DNA of 64,000 bases from an uncultured Gemmatimonadales bacterium (lineage in GTDB: Bacteria; Gemmatimonadota; Gemmatimonadetes; Longimicrobiales; RSA9). The stretch lies in assembly GCA_963708135.1 (NCBI GenBank), contig OY970192.1:1792001-1856000 (forward strand), read 5' to 3'. Shown here one piece after another: positions 10,066-19,899 of the stretch (positions are counted from its first letter, which is position 1; each line of letters begins with the position of its first letter). Below the pieces are notes generated by a model, which was not told where the DNA came from, did not search any database, and was given only the letters and a program-made list of their open reading frames with translations. A program made the position numbers and the translations under genes.

Positions 10066-12522
10066 ATGCGAAACGTGCACCGCATATCCGCATTTCACGT
10101 CCTGGTCGTGTTCATGCTGGCCGTTGGCGTCGGCGCCACCACGGCCATCTTTTCCGTGGTGAACGGGGTGCTGCTGCGTCCCCTGGCCTTCCCGCACCCG
10201 CAGCAGCTCGTGCTGGTAGGCGAGCGGTCACCGCAGCTCCAGCAGGCGGCGCAGAACTTCCGCTTCTTCGATACTCCCTCCGCCGTCCTCGCCTGGCGGG
10301 AGCAGGCCACGGACCTTCAGGGGGTGGCGGCGCTGCAGCGCGCGTCGTTCACGCTCGATCAGCAGGGCCGGCCGCAAGCGTTGGACGGCGCGTCGGTGAC
10401 GCCGAATTTCTTCGATGTGCTCCAGGCGAAACCGGAGGTCGGGCGCTTCTTCACGCCGGCCGACGCGTCCGACAGCACCCACGCCATGGTGATCACGGAC
10501 GCGCTCTGGCGCTCGGCGTTCAACGCGGACCCCCGCGTGATCGGGCGCATGGTGGGCGCGCCCGGGCATGAAGCGCGCGTGATCGGCGTACTGCCGGACA
10601 ACTTCCGCATCGGTGGCAGCGAGCTGGGGCCGATGACGGCGGGCACCCGTACGGAGTTCTTCGTTCCCTTCGAGTTCGGACCGAGCTCCGGCCAGCTGCG
10701 AGCCGTCTGGTCGAATTTCAACTACACCGTGATCGGCCGGTTGAAGCCGGGCGTCAGCGTCGAGCACGCCCTGGCGCAGCTCAACACGATCCAGGCGCAC
10801 CTCGCCGCGGACGCGCCGGACAGGGCGCCCGGGATGACGCTGGAGGGAGAGATCACGCCGGTTCTCGACTACGCCACGAACGCCTCCCGGCAGGCGTTGT
10901 GGCTGCTGCTCGGCGCCGTCTGTGCGGTGCTGCTCATCATCAGCGTCAATCTCGGCGGATTGTGGGTGAGCCGGGTGGTCGACCGGCGCCGAGACTGGGC
11001 GATCCGGATCGCGCTTGGCGCCGAGCCCGGACGGCTGGCGCGAGGGGTCCTGTGGGAGGGGTCGATGTTGGGGGTGATCGGCGGTGTGGTCGGCGTGGCG
11101 TGTGCGGCCGCGGGCCTGCGGGGGCTGCTGGCACTGGCGCCGCAGGACATCCCGCGGCTGGACCAGGTGCACGTGGACGGGCGGGTGATGGGAGCGGGGC
11201 TGCTGCTTTCCGCGGCGGCGGGACTGCTTACGGCGCTCGTGCCGGCCCTGCGCGTGGCACGGGCCGATCCGCAGGGTTCGTTGAAGGGGGGCGGCCGCGC
11301 GGCGACGGCGGGGCCGGCGAGCGTACGGTCGCGGCAGGGGTTGATCGGCGTGCAGGCGGCGCTTACGACATCGCTCATCGCCGTGGCGGGGCTGCTTGGC
11401 TTCAGCCTCTATCGGCTGATGACCAGGCCGACGGGATTCTCGACCGAGCAGGCGGTCGAGGCGAGGGTAGTGATCGGCAACTACACCAACGCGCAACGCG
11501 ACCGAATCCTGCAGCAACTCCCGGCGGCCGTGACGGCGATTCCAGGCGTGCAGGCGGCCGGGTTGACGTCACATCTCCCGCTCCAGGGCGAAACCTGGAT
11601 CGACGGGGCCGGAGTGCCGGGCGAGCAGTACCCGCCGTCGCAGCAGCCGAGCGTGAACGTGCGCTTCATCGGCGGGGACTACTTCTCGACCATGCGAATT
11701 CCGCTCGTCGCGGGCCGGAATTTCCGCGAGGGCGATCGGCCGGCCGGATGGCCACCGAAGACGCGGGCCGAAGAGCAGACGATGCAGGAGGCCGTGATCA
11801 TCTCGGAGGCCACGGCGCGTCGCATCTGGCCGGGACGGGATCCGCGGACCCTGATCGGGCAGCCGATCGCGGTCAACGGTCTGACGCCGACCATCGTGGG
11901 CGTGGCAGCCGACGCACTCGACGGCACGCTGAGCTCCGCGGCGCCGCCGGTGGTCTATCAACCCTATTGGAACTGGGATCCCTATGCGTTTTCCCTCGTT
12001 CTACGGACGAGGATGCCGGTGAGCTCGATCGCGGGGCCGCTGCGGGCGGCAGTGTGGAACCTGGCGCCGAACGCCCCGATCACCGAGATCGAGCCCTTGC
12101 GCTCGCTGCGCGCCGCAGCGACGGCGCCGCAGCGCTATCAGTTCACGCTGCTCATGACCTTCGCCGCTCTGGCGCTGTTGCTCGCCGCGATCGGCGTGTA
12201 CGCGCTGGTGGCCCACAGCGTGGCGCAGCGGAAGAAGGAGCTGGCGATCCGGCTGGCGCTGGGCGCGCCGGCGGGCGCGATTCGCGGACTCATCGCGAAG
12301 CAGGCCCTGGCGCCGGTCGCGCTGGGCGCGCTGGCGGGACTGGCCGCGGCCCTGGCCGGCGGGCGGCTGCTGCGCAGCCTGGTCTACGGCGTCGGCGCGC
12401 GCGACCCGGTGACGCTCACCGCCGCGGTGGCGGTGGTGCTCGCCGCCGCGGCCGCCGCCTGCGTGCTGCCGGCGCGGCGAGCGACGCGGGTGGATCCGAA
12501 CGCGGCATTGCGGGCGGAGTGA
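10066..12522 (+). CDS. ADOP-type duplicated MacB/FtsX ABC permease, probably 5'-truncated
   Basis: LAVGVGATTAIFSVVNGVLLRPL, two IRxALGA motifs and PARRATRVDP. The usual N-terminal 'DLRYA.R' segment is absent. Confidence 0.85.
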   Translation: MRNVHRISAFHVLVVFMLAVGVGATTAIFSVVNGVLLRPLAFPHPQQLVLVGERSPQLQQAAQNFRFFDTPSAVLAWREQATDLQGVAALQRASFTLDQQGRPQALDGASVTPNFFDVLQAKPEVGRFFTPADASDSTHAMVITDALWRSAFNADPRVIGRMVGAPGHEARVIGVLPDNFRIGGSELGPMTAGTRTEFFVPFEFGPSSGQLRAVWSNFNYTVIGRLKPGVSVEHALAQLNTIQAHLAADAPDRAPGMTLEGEITPVLDYATNASRQALWLLLGAVCAVLLIISVNLGGLWVSRVVDRRRDWAIRIALGAEPGRLARGVLWEGSMLGVIGGVVGVACAAAGLRGLLALAPQDIPRLDQVHVDGRVMGAGLLLSAAAGLLTALVPALRVARADPQGSLKGGGRAATAGPASVRSRQGLIGVQAALTTSLIAVAGLLGFSLYRLMTRPTGFSTEQAVEARVVIGNYTNAQRDRILQQLPAAVTAIPGVQAAGLTSHLPLQGETWIDGAGVPGEQYPPSQQPSVNVRFIGGDYFSTMRIPLVAGRNFREGDRPAGWPPKTRAEEQTMQEAVIISEATARRIWPGRDPRTLIGQPIAVNGLTPTIVGVAADALDGTLSSAAPPVVYQPYWNWDPYAFSLVLRTRMPVSSIAGPLRAAVWNLAPNAPITEIEPLRSLRAAATAPQRYQFTLLMTFAALALLLAAIGVYALVAHSVAQRKKELAIRLALGAPAGAIRGLIAKQALAPVALGALAGLAAALAGGRLLRSLVYGVGARDPVTLTAAVAVVLAAAAAACVLPARRATRVDPNAALRAE

Positions 12523-12654
12523 CGGCCGGCTCGGCAGACCCTTCCGGCGTGACACCCTGTTCGCCCTGCTCCTCGCCGTGGGCGACACAGCCCGGGCGAT
12601 CAGGGCGCTCGGGCTGAAACCACTGCTCCGGTGCCGCAGTCACGGCTTGGCTAG

Positions 12655-14676
12655 CCCGAAGTTCCAGCGCGAGATTGGTATTAACTTGTTGCTGCCGATG
12701 CGGTTAGCTCTGGCAGCGGGTGCTTCGGTTCTGTCTACAACCGGCCGGAGAGCCCCAGGAGCTCGAAAGCTCGGCGCTGCAGGGGCGTCGGTTCAGTGAC
12801 GAGATCGAAGGTGGCCTCCGCGAGGCCGGGTGGGCTGCAGCGGTTCCTGGCGAGCGTGGCGAGGTCGGCCATGAGAGTGTGGAAGTCGTGGACGACCTCG
12901 CCGTTCTGCGTCCGCTTGGTGGCCGCCTTCTCCTCGGCGCCCCGGGAGCGCTGCGCCCGCGCGACGACCGAGGGGCGGCGGGCGCGGCCGGCGTCGGGCT
13001 CTCCGTCGCGGAAGAGGAGCGGAGCGAGGGCGCCCTGCATGTGCCAGAGGACATAGTAGGCCAGCATGCAGAGGAAGACGTGCGCGCGGACCCGGTCCGG
13101 GAGCCGGTGGTGAATCGGCCGCACCTCGAGGTCCACGGTTTTGAAACTGCGGAAGGCGCGCTCGATCCGGGCGAGATCCTTGTAGGCCTGGACGGCTGCC
13201 TCGCTGCCCAGCATGTCCGCGGGCACGCTGGTGCGGATCACGTAGACGCCGTCGAGGCTCGCTTCGCCCTCGATGCGCTCGGTGTTGCGGCGAAAGGTGA
13301 AACTCTCGTCGGTGATCTCGTAGTAGAAGTGCTTGCCCATCTTGTAGCGGCCGAGCACCCGGCCCACCCGGATCCCGATGGTGTCTTTGCCACGGAGCGG
13401 TCGGCGTTCGCGCAGGGTGGCCTTGCGGATCTTCTCCAACTCCCGCTCCGTACAGGCGAGCAGTTCGGCTCGCTTGCGCGCCCGCTCCTCGGCCAGGAAG
13501 GGATTCTTGCAGGCGATGAGCCGCTCTCCCGGGTGGTCTGCCGAGGTGATCTCAAAGAGGTCTTGCTCGTCGAAGAGCGAGAGCTGAAGCACCTCTTCCT
13601 CGACGAGGCTCGCAATGGCGGGAGCGCGCAGCGCACTGATCCAATCCAGCCCCTCCACCGGCCGCAGTTCGTCGCGGATGCGCGCCTCGGTGAGGAGCCC
13701 CCGGTCCGCCACAAACACCACCCGCCTCAGTCCGAAGCGGTCGCGCACCTTGTGGATCGCCGCGGCAAGCGTGGTCGGATCCGCCGTGTTGCCGGGGAAC
13801 ACCTCCACGGCCACCGGACAGCCGTCGCCGGCGCACAACAGCCCGACCACGATCTGCAGCTTGTCTTTCTTCCCGTCGCGGCTGTGGCCGAGCTTGGCCA
13901 ACGGGCAGCTGCGCCCTTCGAAGTACGTGGATGTCACGTCGTAGAGGAGCAGCGTGCCCTCCTTCAAGTGCCGCTCGGCCAGTGTGCGCTCGATCCGCCC
14001 CTGCCGCTGCCCCAGCCAGTCCAGCGCCGGATAGAGATCGTCCGCCGTAACCTCTCCCAGCTCGAGCACCTCCCCGAGCGTCGAGGTGGCCGTCGCCCGG
14101 GCCAGCCGGCGGGCGGTGGCCAGCTTCGAGGAAGGCTCCAGGATCCGGGAGACGATCATGCCCACCACCCGGTCCCGCTCGGGCGTGCGCCGGCTCGAGA
14201 GCAGCCGCTCGAGCCCCAGCTTCCGAAGCGTTCCCAGCACGGCCACCACATGCCCGTGCGGCAGGGTCCGCAGAACCCGCACACCCGCCTCCTCGGCGGG
14301 CACGAAGCGCTCGCCCCGCAACGCCCTCCGCACGAGCTCGATCACCGCGGGCGGCAGGTGCGAGATGTTGCCGACGGTCTCGTTCTTGACCTTGCCGCCT
14401 TCGCGGTACGTGCGGCGCAGCAGGTGAGTGACGTAGACCTTGCCCTTGTAGTGGCGGCGGGAGGTGGCCACGTGGACGGGGCCGGACCGAGCGGGCAAGG
14501 GGCAGCTCCGGGCGCATGGTTACCGTCTACAGTACACATGAAGCTACAGATTGGGGTGCACCCATGTCAATGGTCTTGATAGCTTCACGTTAGTGACTAC
14601 ATCCTGCAGCGCGAAATGGGGCTCAACCCCTTGCCCACCAAAGGATTGCACCCCTATCGTCCGGCGGAACTTCCGG
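12655..14676 (-). mobile_element. IS1634-family element
   Basis: Inverted ends cccgaagttcc / ccggaagttcc, flanked by CTAG at 12651 and 14677. Confidence 0.85.
12735..14498 (-). CDS. IS1634-family DDE transposase
   Basis: LLYDVTSTYFEG, VFVADRG, IERAFRSFK and RVRAHVFLCMLAYY motifs. Confidence 0.9.
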   Translation of the reverse strand: MPARSGPVHVATSRRHYKGKVYVTHLLRRTYREGGKVKNETVGNISHLPPAVIELVRRALRGERFVPAEEAGVRVLRTLPHGHVVAVLGTLRKLGLERLLSSRRTPERDRVVGMIVSRILEPSSKLATARRLARATATSTLGEVLELGEVTADDLYPALDWLGQRQGRIERTLAERHLKEGTLLLYDVTSTYFEGRSCPLAKLGHSRDGKKDKLQIVVGLLCAGDGCPVAVEVFPGNTADPTTLAAAIHKVRDRFGLRRVVFVADRGLLTEARIRDELRPVEGLDWISALRAPAIASLVEEEVLQLSLFDEQDLFEITSADHPGERLIACKNPFLAEERARKRAELLACTERELEKIRKATLRERRPLRGKDTIGIRVGRVLGRYKMGKHFYYEITDESFTFRRNTERIEGEASLDGVYVIRTSVPADMLGSEAAVQAYKDLARIERAFRSFKTVDLEVRPIHHRLPDRVRAHVFLCMLAYYVLWHMQGALAPLLFRDGEPDAGRARRPSVVARAQRSRGAEEKAATKRTQNGEVVHDFHTLMADLATLARNRCSPPGLAEATFDLVTEPTPLQRRAFELLGLSGRL

Positions 14677-17253
14677 CTAGCGCTTCACCACCTTCACCAT
14701 CCACGCGTCGGTGCGGTCGTTGCGCACGGTGACCACCGCGCGCTTCAAGTCATCCGAGATGGACACATCGGAGACCGGCAGGGGAATGGTGCCGAGGGAC
14801 TCCATCGCCCCCGGGCCGGTGAGCCGGTAGAGCGCGACCGACTGATCCGTGGGAAACACCGCCAGCAGGAGCGAGCCATCGGTGAGGAAGGCGGTGCCGG
14901 CATTTTCCGCGAAGATCGACTTCCACGGGGTGCTGGAGCCCTCGTCGAGGGAGATCATGCCCACGTCCAGGCCGTCCTTCTGCTCCGCATTCCAGCCCAG
15001 GTAGCTGATACGGCGGCCGGAGGGATCGGAGAGCATCTGTCCCAGGTCCCACAGGTCGGCGGGTTTGGGAATGACCCGGACGTGCCCGTGCTGGTTCACC
15101 ACGATCCGGTCGGCGGCGGCGGGAATCCAGCTCCATCCGCCGGCCACCGGCGTAAAGTCCACGATGCCGGAATCCGGAGGCAACTCGAACGTTTCCTGCT
15201 CGCCGCCGTCGCGCACATCCACCAGCGCGAAGTGCACCCGGCGATCGGGCCGGGTCGTGCCGAGGGCGAGGGTCACCGAATCGACCCAGTATGCGCCCAG
15301 CAGGCTGCCGGTCACCGGAAGCGTGAGCGTGTCGCCGCGGTCGTAGGGCGTGATCTCGATCCGCTCGTGCGGCTTTCCGTCGGTTGAGGGGAGCTCCCGG
15401 ATCCAGCGCAGCCGCGATCCGTCGGGCGCGATCTCCACCTGTACCGCGGCGGAGGTCTGAGCGATCCGAGCCGATTCGGGGAGACGTCCCGCCAGCAGGT
15501 CGGCAAAGGAGAGCTGCCAGACGCTATACTCGTAGGTTCCCTGGTCCAGCACCAGGCTGCGGCCGTCGCTGGTCAGCGAGAAATCCGTGATCGGACCGGG
15601 GATGGTATCCCAGCGGGCACTGAAGCGGCCGCGTGCGCGGTCGATCGGGATCCGGAGCAGGGAGAGGCTGGCGCCCGAGAGCCAGAGGGCGTTGGCCGCC
15701 TCCTGGCCGCCCAGAATATAAAAGTTGGAGTTGATCCGGCCGCCGATCCGGCCGTCGCGTCCCACCAGCTCCCAGACGCCGGCGCCGCCCTGGCGCACTT
15801 CGGCGAGGATCCACCCGCTGCCGGGTACCTCGAGCAGGCGTCCGATGCCGGATCCGGCCTGTTGCAGGTGGATGCTGTCGCGTGGCTCGCCCGCCAGCGT
15901 CGTGATCCGGAGCCAGAAATCCCGGGCGGACCCCATGGGTGGCCCGACCAGCAGGGAATCGCTGCCCAGGAATGTGGCCACGCCGTTGCCGACATAGCGC
16001 GGCGATCCGCCCAGGATTGAAACCAGCCAGCTGCCCAAGCGCTTGTCGATGGTACAGAACACCAGAAGATTGCGCCGGTCGGGGCTCCACTGGATGCCGT
16101 AGCCCGAAGTCGCGCCTTCCAGAATGACGCGTGATGCGGTGCCGCCGACATCGGTCACATTGACCGCATCGGTGCATCCACTCTCGCCGCAGCGGCGGCT
16201 GAAATAAGCCAGTTGCCTGCCGTCGCCCGAGACGGCCGGGCGCAGCACGTTCGCCGTGGCGGTGAGCTGGACCTTTGCTCCCAGAATGAGCCCGTGCGGG
16301 TGGGTGCCAAGCTTGGCGAGCAGGATTGCGGCGGCGAGGAGGACCACCCCGCCGCCTGCGGCGAAGGCCATCCAGCGCCGGCGCGAGCCCTCCCGCGCCG
16401 TCCCCGCCGCGCCCGCCTCCAGCGCTTCGCTGAACTCGCCGGCGCTGGCGAATCGGTCCGCCGGATTCTTGGCCAGGGCGCGGGCCACCGCCTGGGTCAC
16501 TCCGGGCGGAAGATCTTCGCGCAGCAGACCCAACGGCGTCGGATCCTCCGTCACCAAGCGGGCGATCATGGCCTGGGCGGTCGGCGCGGTAAGCGGCGGC
16601 ACTCCGGCCAGCATCTCGTAGAGCACGGCGCCGAGGGAATAGAGGTCGCTCCGGGCGTCGAGCTCACGCTGCCCCAGCGCCTGCTCCGGACTCATGTAGA
16701 GCGGGGTTCCCAAGGTGAAGCCGACCTCGGTCAGGCGCGTCCCACCCGCTTCGCTCACCGCCAGGGCGATGCCGAAATCCGTGAGCATCGCCTCCCCCTG
16801 GTGCAGTAGAATATTCTCCGGCTTGATGTCCCGATGGATCACGCCGTGCCGGTGGGCCACGTCCAGCGCGCCAGCGATCTGCCGGGTGAGATCCAGGGCC
16901 TCGGTCAGGCCCAGCCGCTTGTCCCGCGACATCCGTTCCCGCAGGGAGGCGCCAGCCACGTAGGGGATGACGCAATACAGCAGGCCCCCCTCAGCGCCGG
17001 AGTCGATGAGGGTCAGGATGTGCGGATGGTCCAGCCGAGCGGTGATGCGAATTTCGGAAAGGAAGCGGGAGACGCCCATCAGCAGGGCCAGCTCGGGGCG
17101 CAGCACCTTGAGGGCTACCTGCCGGTCGTGGCGCAGGTCGGCAGCGAGGTACACAGTCGCCATGCCTCCCCGTCCGATTTCCCGCTCGATGCGGTAGCGA
17201 CCGGCCAGGACGGCGCCCGGCTCGGGCATGCCGCCGGCTGCGGTATCTGTCAT
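14677..17253 (-). CDS. Ser/Thr protein kinase with a TolB/PD40-like beta-propeller
   Basis: GRGGMATVY, HRDIKPEN, DFG and GTPLYMSPE, then a TM helix and WSPDR/SGDGRQ repeats. Confidence 0.9.
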   Translation of the reverse strand: MTDTAAGGMPEPGAVLAGRYRIEREIGRGGMATVYLAADLRHDRQVALKVLRPELALLMGVSRFLSEIRITARLDHPHILTLIDSGAEGGLLYCVIPYVAGASLRERMSRDKRLGLTEALDLTRQIAGALDVAHRHGVIHRDIKPENILLHQGEAMLTDFGIALAVSEAGGTRLTEVGFTLGTPLYMSPEQALGQRELDARSDLYSLGAVLYEMLAGVPPLTAPTAQAMIARLVTEDPTPLGLLREDLPPGVTQAVARALAKNPADRFASAGEFSEALEAGAAGTAREGSRRRWMAFAAGGGVVLLAAAILLAKLGTHPHGLILGAKVQLTATANVLRPAVSGDGRQLAYFSRRCGESGCTDAVNVTDVGGTASRVILEGATSGYGIQWSPDRRNLLVFCTIDKRLGSWLVSILGGSPRYVGNGVATFLGSDSLLVGPPMGSARDFWLRITTLAGEPRDSIHLQQAGSGIGRLLEVPGSGWILAEVRQGGAGVWELVGRDGRIGGRINSNFYILGGQEAANALWLSGASLSLLRIPIDRARGRFSARWDTIPGPITDFSLTSDGRSLVLDQGTYEYSVWQLSFADLLAGRLPESARIAQTSAAVQVEIAPDGSRLRWIRELPSTDGKPHERIEITPYDRGDTLTLPVTGSLLGAYWVDSVTLALGTTRPDRRVHFALVDVRDGGEQETFELPPDSGIVDFTPVAGGWSWIPAAADRIVVNQHGHVRVIPKPADLWDLGQMLSDPSGRRISYLGWNAEQKDGLDVGMISLDEGSSTPWKSIFAENAGTAFLTDGSLLLAVFPTDQSVALYRLTGPGAMESLGTIPLPVSDVSISDDLKRAVVTVRNDRTDAWMVKVVKR

Positions 17254-17498
17254 ATGGCGCAAGCGTATCGGACGCGCCGCGCGGAGGCAAGGGTGGGCCG
17301 GGTATCAGGGACAAGGCATGAGGGATTGGGTGTCTAACTGTCCCGGTTAGGTTCCCAGCCCGAGGGATTGGTGATTGAGGATTGAGGATTGAGGAACGAG
17401 GTATCTTCAGAAGGTGTGGAAACGAGCAGAAGGCGGTGACACCTTTCGGTTGAGCCATCAACCACGGGCCTCGTGCCCGCACGAAAGGAGCCACCGCC

Positions 17499-18219
17499 GT
17501 GTCAAAGGTAACCAAGGAAGCGTCCTCGTCGTCAAGCGTGGTATGGGGACAGCTGGAGGGCTTTGCCCGCGAGCAGGTTCAGGTATTCGTCCAGCGGCTG
17601 CTCGCGGAAGAGATCGAAGGGCTCCTGGGCCGGCGGAAGTCGGAGCGGCGAGAGCCCGGATCGGAGCCGGTCTAGCGGAACGGCTACGGCAAGGCGCGTA
17701 GGCTGGCGTTGTCGAACGGCACGATCAAGGTTCGGCGCCCGCGGGTTCGAGGGCTGGAAGAGCGGTTCGAGAGCCGAATCCGTCCGCTGTTCAAGCGGCG
17801 CACGGAGGAAGTCAGCCATCTCCTGCCCCAGCTCTACCTGCACGGGCTGGCGCTCGGCGACTTCGAGCTCGCGCTGAGGGGGCTGCTGGGGGACGCTGCT
17901 CCCCTTTCGGCTGCTTCGATCGCTCGGCTGAAGGCGCAGTGGCAGCTCGAGTTCCAGGAGTGGCGGAGCCGTTCGCTGGCCGAGCTCGACATCGTGTACT
18001 GCTGGGCGGATGGCCTGTACGTAAAGGCCGGCATCGACGACGGCAAGGCGGCGCTCCTGGTGATCATCGGTGGGACCCGCGAGGGCGAGAAGGTCGTGCT
18101 CGCCGTGGAGAGCGGGCAGCGGGAGTCGCGCGAGTCGTGGCTGGGCGTACTGCGCGACCTGAAGGCCCGCGGCATGAACGCGCCCCGACTCCTGGTCGCC
18201 GACGGCCACCTGGGCATCA
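17499..18219 (+). pseudogene. IS256-family transposase with a nonsense mutation and 3' truncation
   Basis: In-frame TAG before RNGYGK; WADGLYVK and LLVADGHLG motifs; cut at about 18219. Confidence 0.85.
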
Positions 18220-18288
18220 TTGACCTGCCGGCGCCAACGACACACCTTGCCGAAGGTCACCGAAAGGGCGTTTGGATTCTCTGTCCCT
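18220..18288 (+). mobile_element. Orphan, diverged ISCR oriIS end
   Basis: ttgacc...ccgaaagggcgtttggattctctgtccct versus ttgacc...ccgaaacggcgtttggatttcctatccct in the full elements. Confidence 0.75.
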
Positions 18289-18608
18289 GACGGCGCGCCG
18301 AACCCGGTGACCGCTTCGCGATCCACGCGCGCCTTCTGCGTGGAACAGGCCAGGTCGGGGACGGCCTCCCTGTACAGTCGTTTTCTGGGGATTCCCGCCG
18401 ACTCCCTCGACTCCCGGCGCGGTCACCTCAACCGCCGCATCTGGACGGGGCGCCTCGAGGAGATGGTGCCCCGCGAGCACATGGAAGCGGAGGTGGCGAG
18501 GCTGTGCGAAGCGCGCCGGGCGCAGTATTTCTCGGAAGTGACCGGCCGGGAGGACGCCCGCGCGCTGCGGGAGCGCGGGGACCGGGCCGGCTGACCGTGA
18601 AGGTGAGC

Positions 18609-19440
18609 ATGGACTACGACGCAGCGCTCAGGGTGCAGCCGGGAACCGCGCGGCTGGCGGACATCGATCCCGGGTTCGAGGCCGACCACCTGAGCAAGAA
18701 GGAGGCGAAGCTGGAGCTGGACCGCAAGCGCAAGAAGGTCCGCGACATCCAGGGCCTTCTGTACGCAACGCCGGTCCCTCCCTCCTCGTGTGCCTGCAGG
18801 GCCTGGACACCGCCGGCAAGGACGGGACGATCAACCTCGTATTCAGCGCCATGAACCTCCACGGGGTGCCGCGTGGCGGGAGTCAAGCAGCCCTCGGCCG
18901 AGGAGATGGCGCACGACCTCCTGTGGCGGATCCACCGGCACACTCCCGGCCTCGGCGAACTCGTGATCTTCAACCGCTCGCACTACGAGGACGTGCTCGT
19001 GGTGCGGGTGCACGACCTGGTCCCGAGGGACGAGTGGTCCGTGCGCTACGACCGGATCAACGACTTCGAGCGCGAGCTGACCAACCACGGGACCGTCGTT
19101 CTCAAGTTCTACCTCCACATCTCGCTGCGGGAGCAGCTCAAGCGCTTCCGGGACCGACTGGAGCAGCCGGACAAGCAGTGGAAGATCAGCGAGTCCGATT
19201 ACGCCGAGCGGCCGTACCGGGACGAGTACAGGCAGGCATACGAGGAGGCGCGGTCCCGGTGCTCCACCGAGCACGCGCCGTGGTTCGTGATCCCGGCCGA
19301 CAAAATGTGGTTCCGGAACCTGGCCATCGCGCACATCGTCGTCGAGCGGCTGCAGGCGCTCGGCCTGGGCTACCCGGAGCCCACCGTGGACCTGGACCAC
19401 ATCCGCCGCGAGTACCGCGACGCCGGGGGCCGCCGAGGCC
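18609..19440 (+). pseudogene. ppk2: Polyphosphate kinase 2 (PPK2) family, frameshifted
   Basis: LQGLDTAGKDGTI, FNRSHYEDVLVVRV and APWFVIPADK spread over three frames; native stop codon lost. Confidence 0.85.
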
Positions 19441-19506
19441 GTGGACGGGCGGGATGCGGCCGGTATGGCGCCGGCGGGGAGCGGCGCGGAAGGACCCGGA
19501 GGTTCG

Positions 19507-19899
19507 ATGACCGGCAGTCATCCGCCCCGGACGGCGCTCGGCTGGCTCGACTCGGCCAACCTCCTCGCCCAGGTGGTGGCGAAGAGCTACGGCCTGGACT
19601 TCTCCGGCCGCGCCGACCCGCCCAAGGAGCTCACGATGGCGGGCCGGTTCGCGGCGCCTCCCGCGCACCCGGGCCGCTGGCCGGCGCTCCGCGTGCCGCT
19701 CCCGGCCTCGGCGTTCTTCGCCACGAAAGCCGAGAGCTTGCGGACCGAATTCGAGCCGGGACACCCCCGCATCACGGAGCCGGCCGCGTCGCGGCGGGAC
19801 GCCATCGTAGCGGACGGTGTCGATCGACTGGCGCACTCCGTCAGGCCAGAGGCGGGGTCCTCGAGCTCGGGGCACGCGAAGCGAGGCACGCCCTCATGA
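19507..19899 (+). CDS. Hypothetical protein
   Basis: ggagg RBS before the ATG; stop overlaps the next start (atga). Confidence 0.5.
   Translation: MTGSHPPRTALGWLDSANLLAQVVAKSYGLDFSGRADPPKELTMAGRFAAPPAHPGRWPALRVPLPASAFFATKAESLRTEFEPGHPRITEPAASRRDAIVADGVDRLAHSVRPEAGSSSSGHAKRGTPS

Noticed and set aside
12720..14579. Long antisense ORFs over transposases (also 41032-42780, 46941-48659, 48731-50449, 22425-23834)
   Set aside because: Typical shadow ORFs of high-GC coding DNA with no recognisable motifs.
17333..17353. gtctaac-N7-gttaggt resembling attC core sites
   Set aside because: Too short, with no L boxes; more likely chance or part of the IS256 left end.
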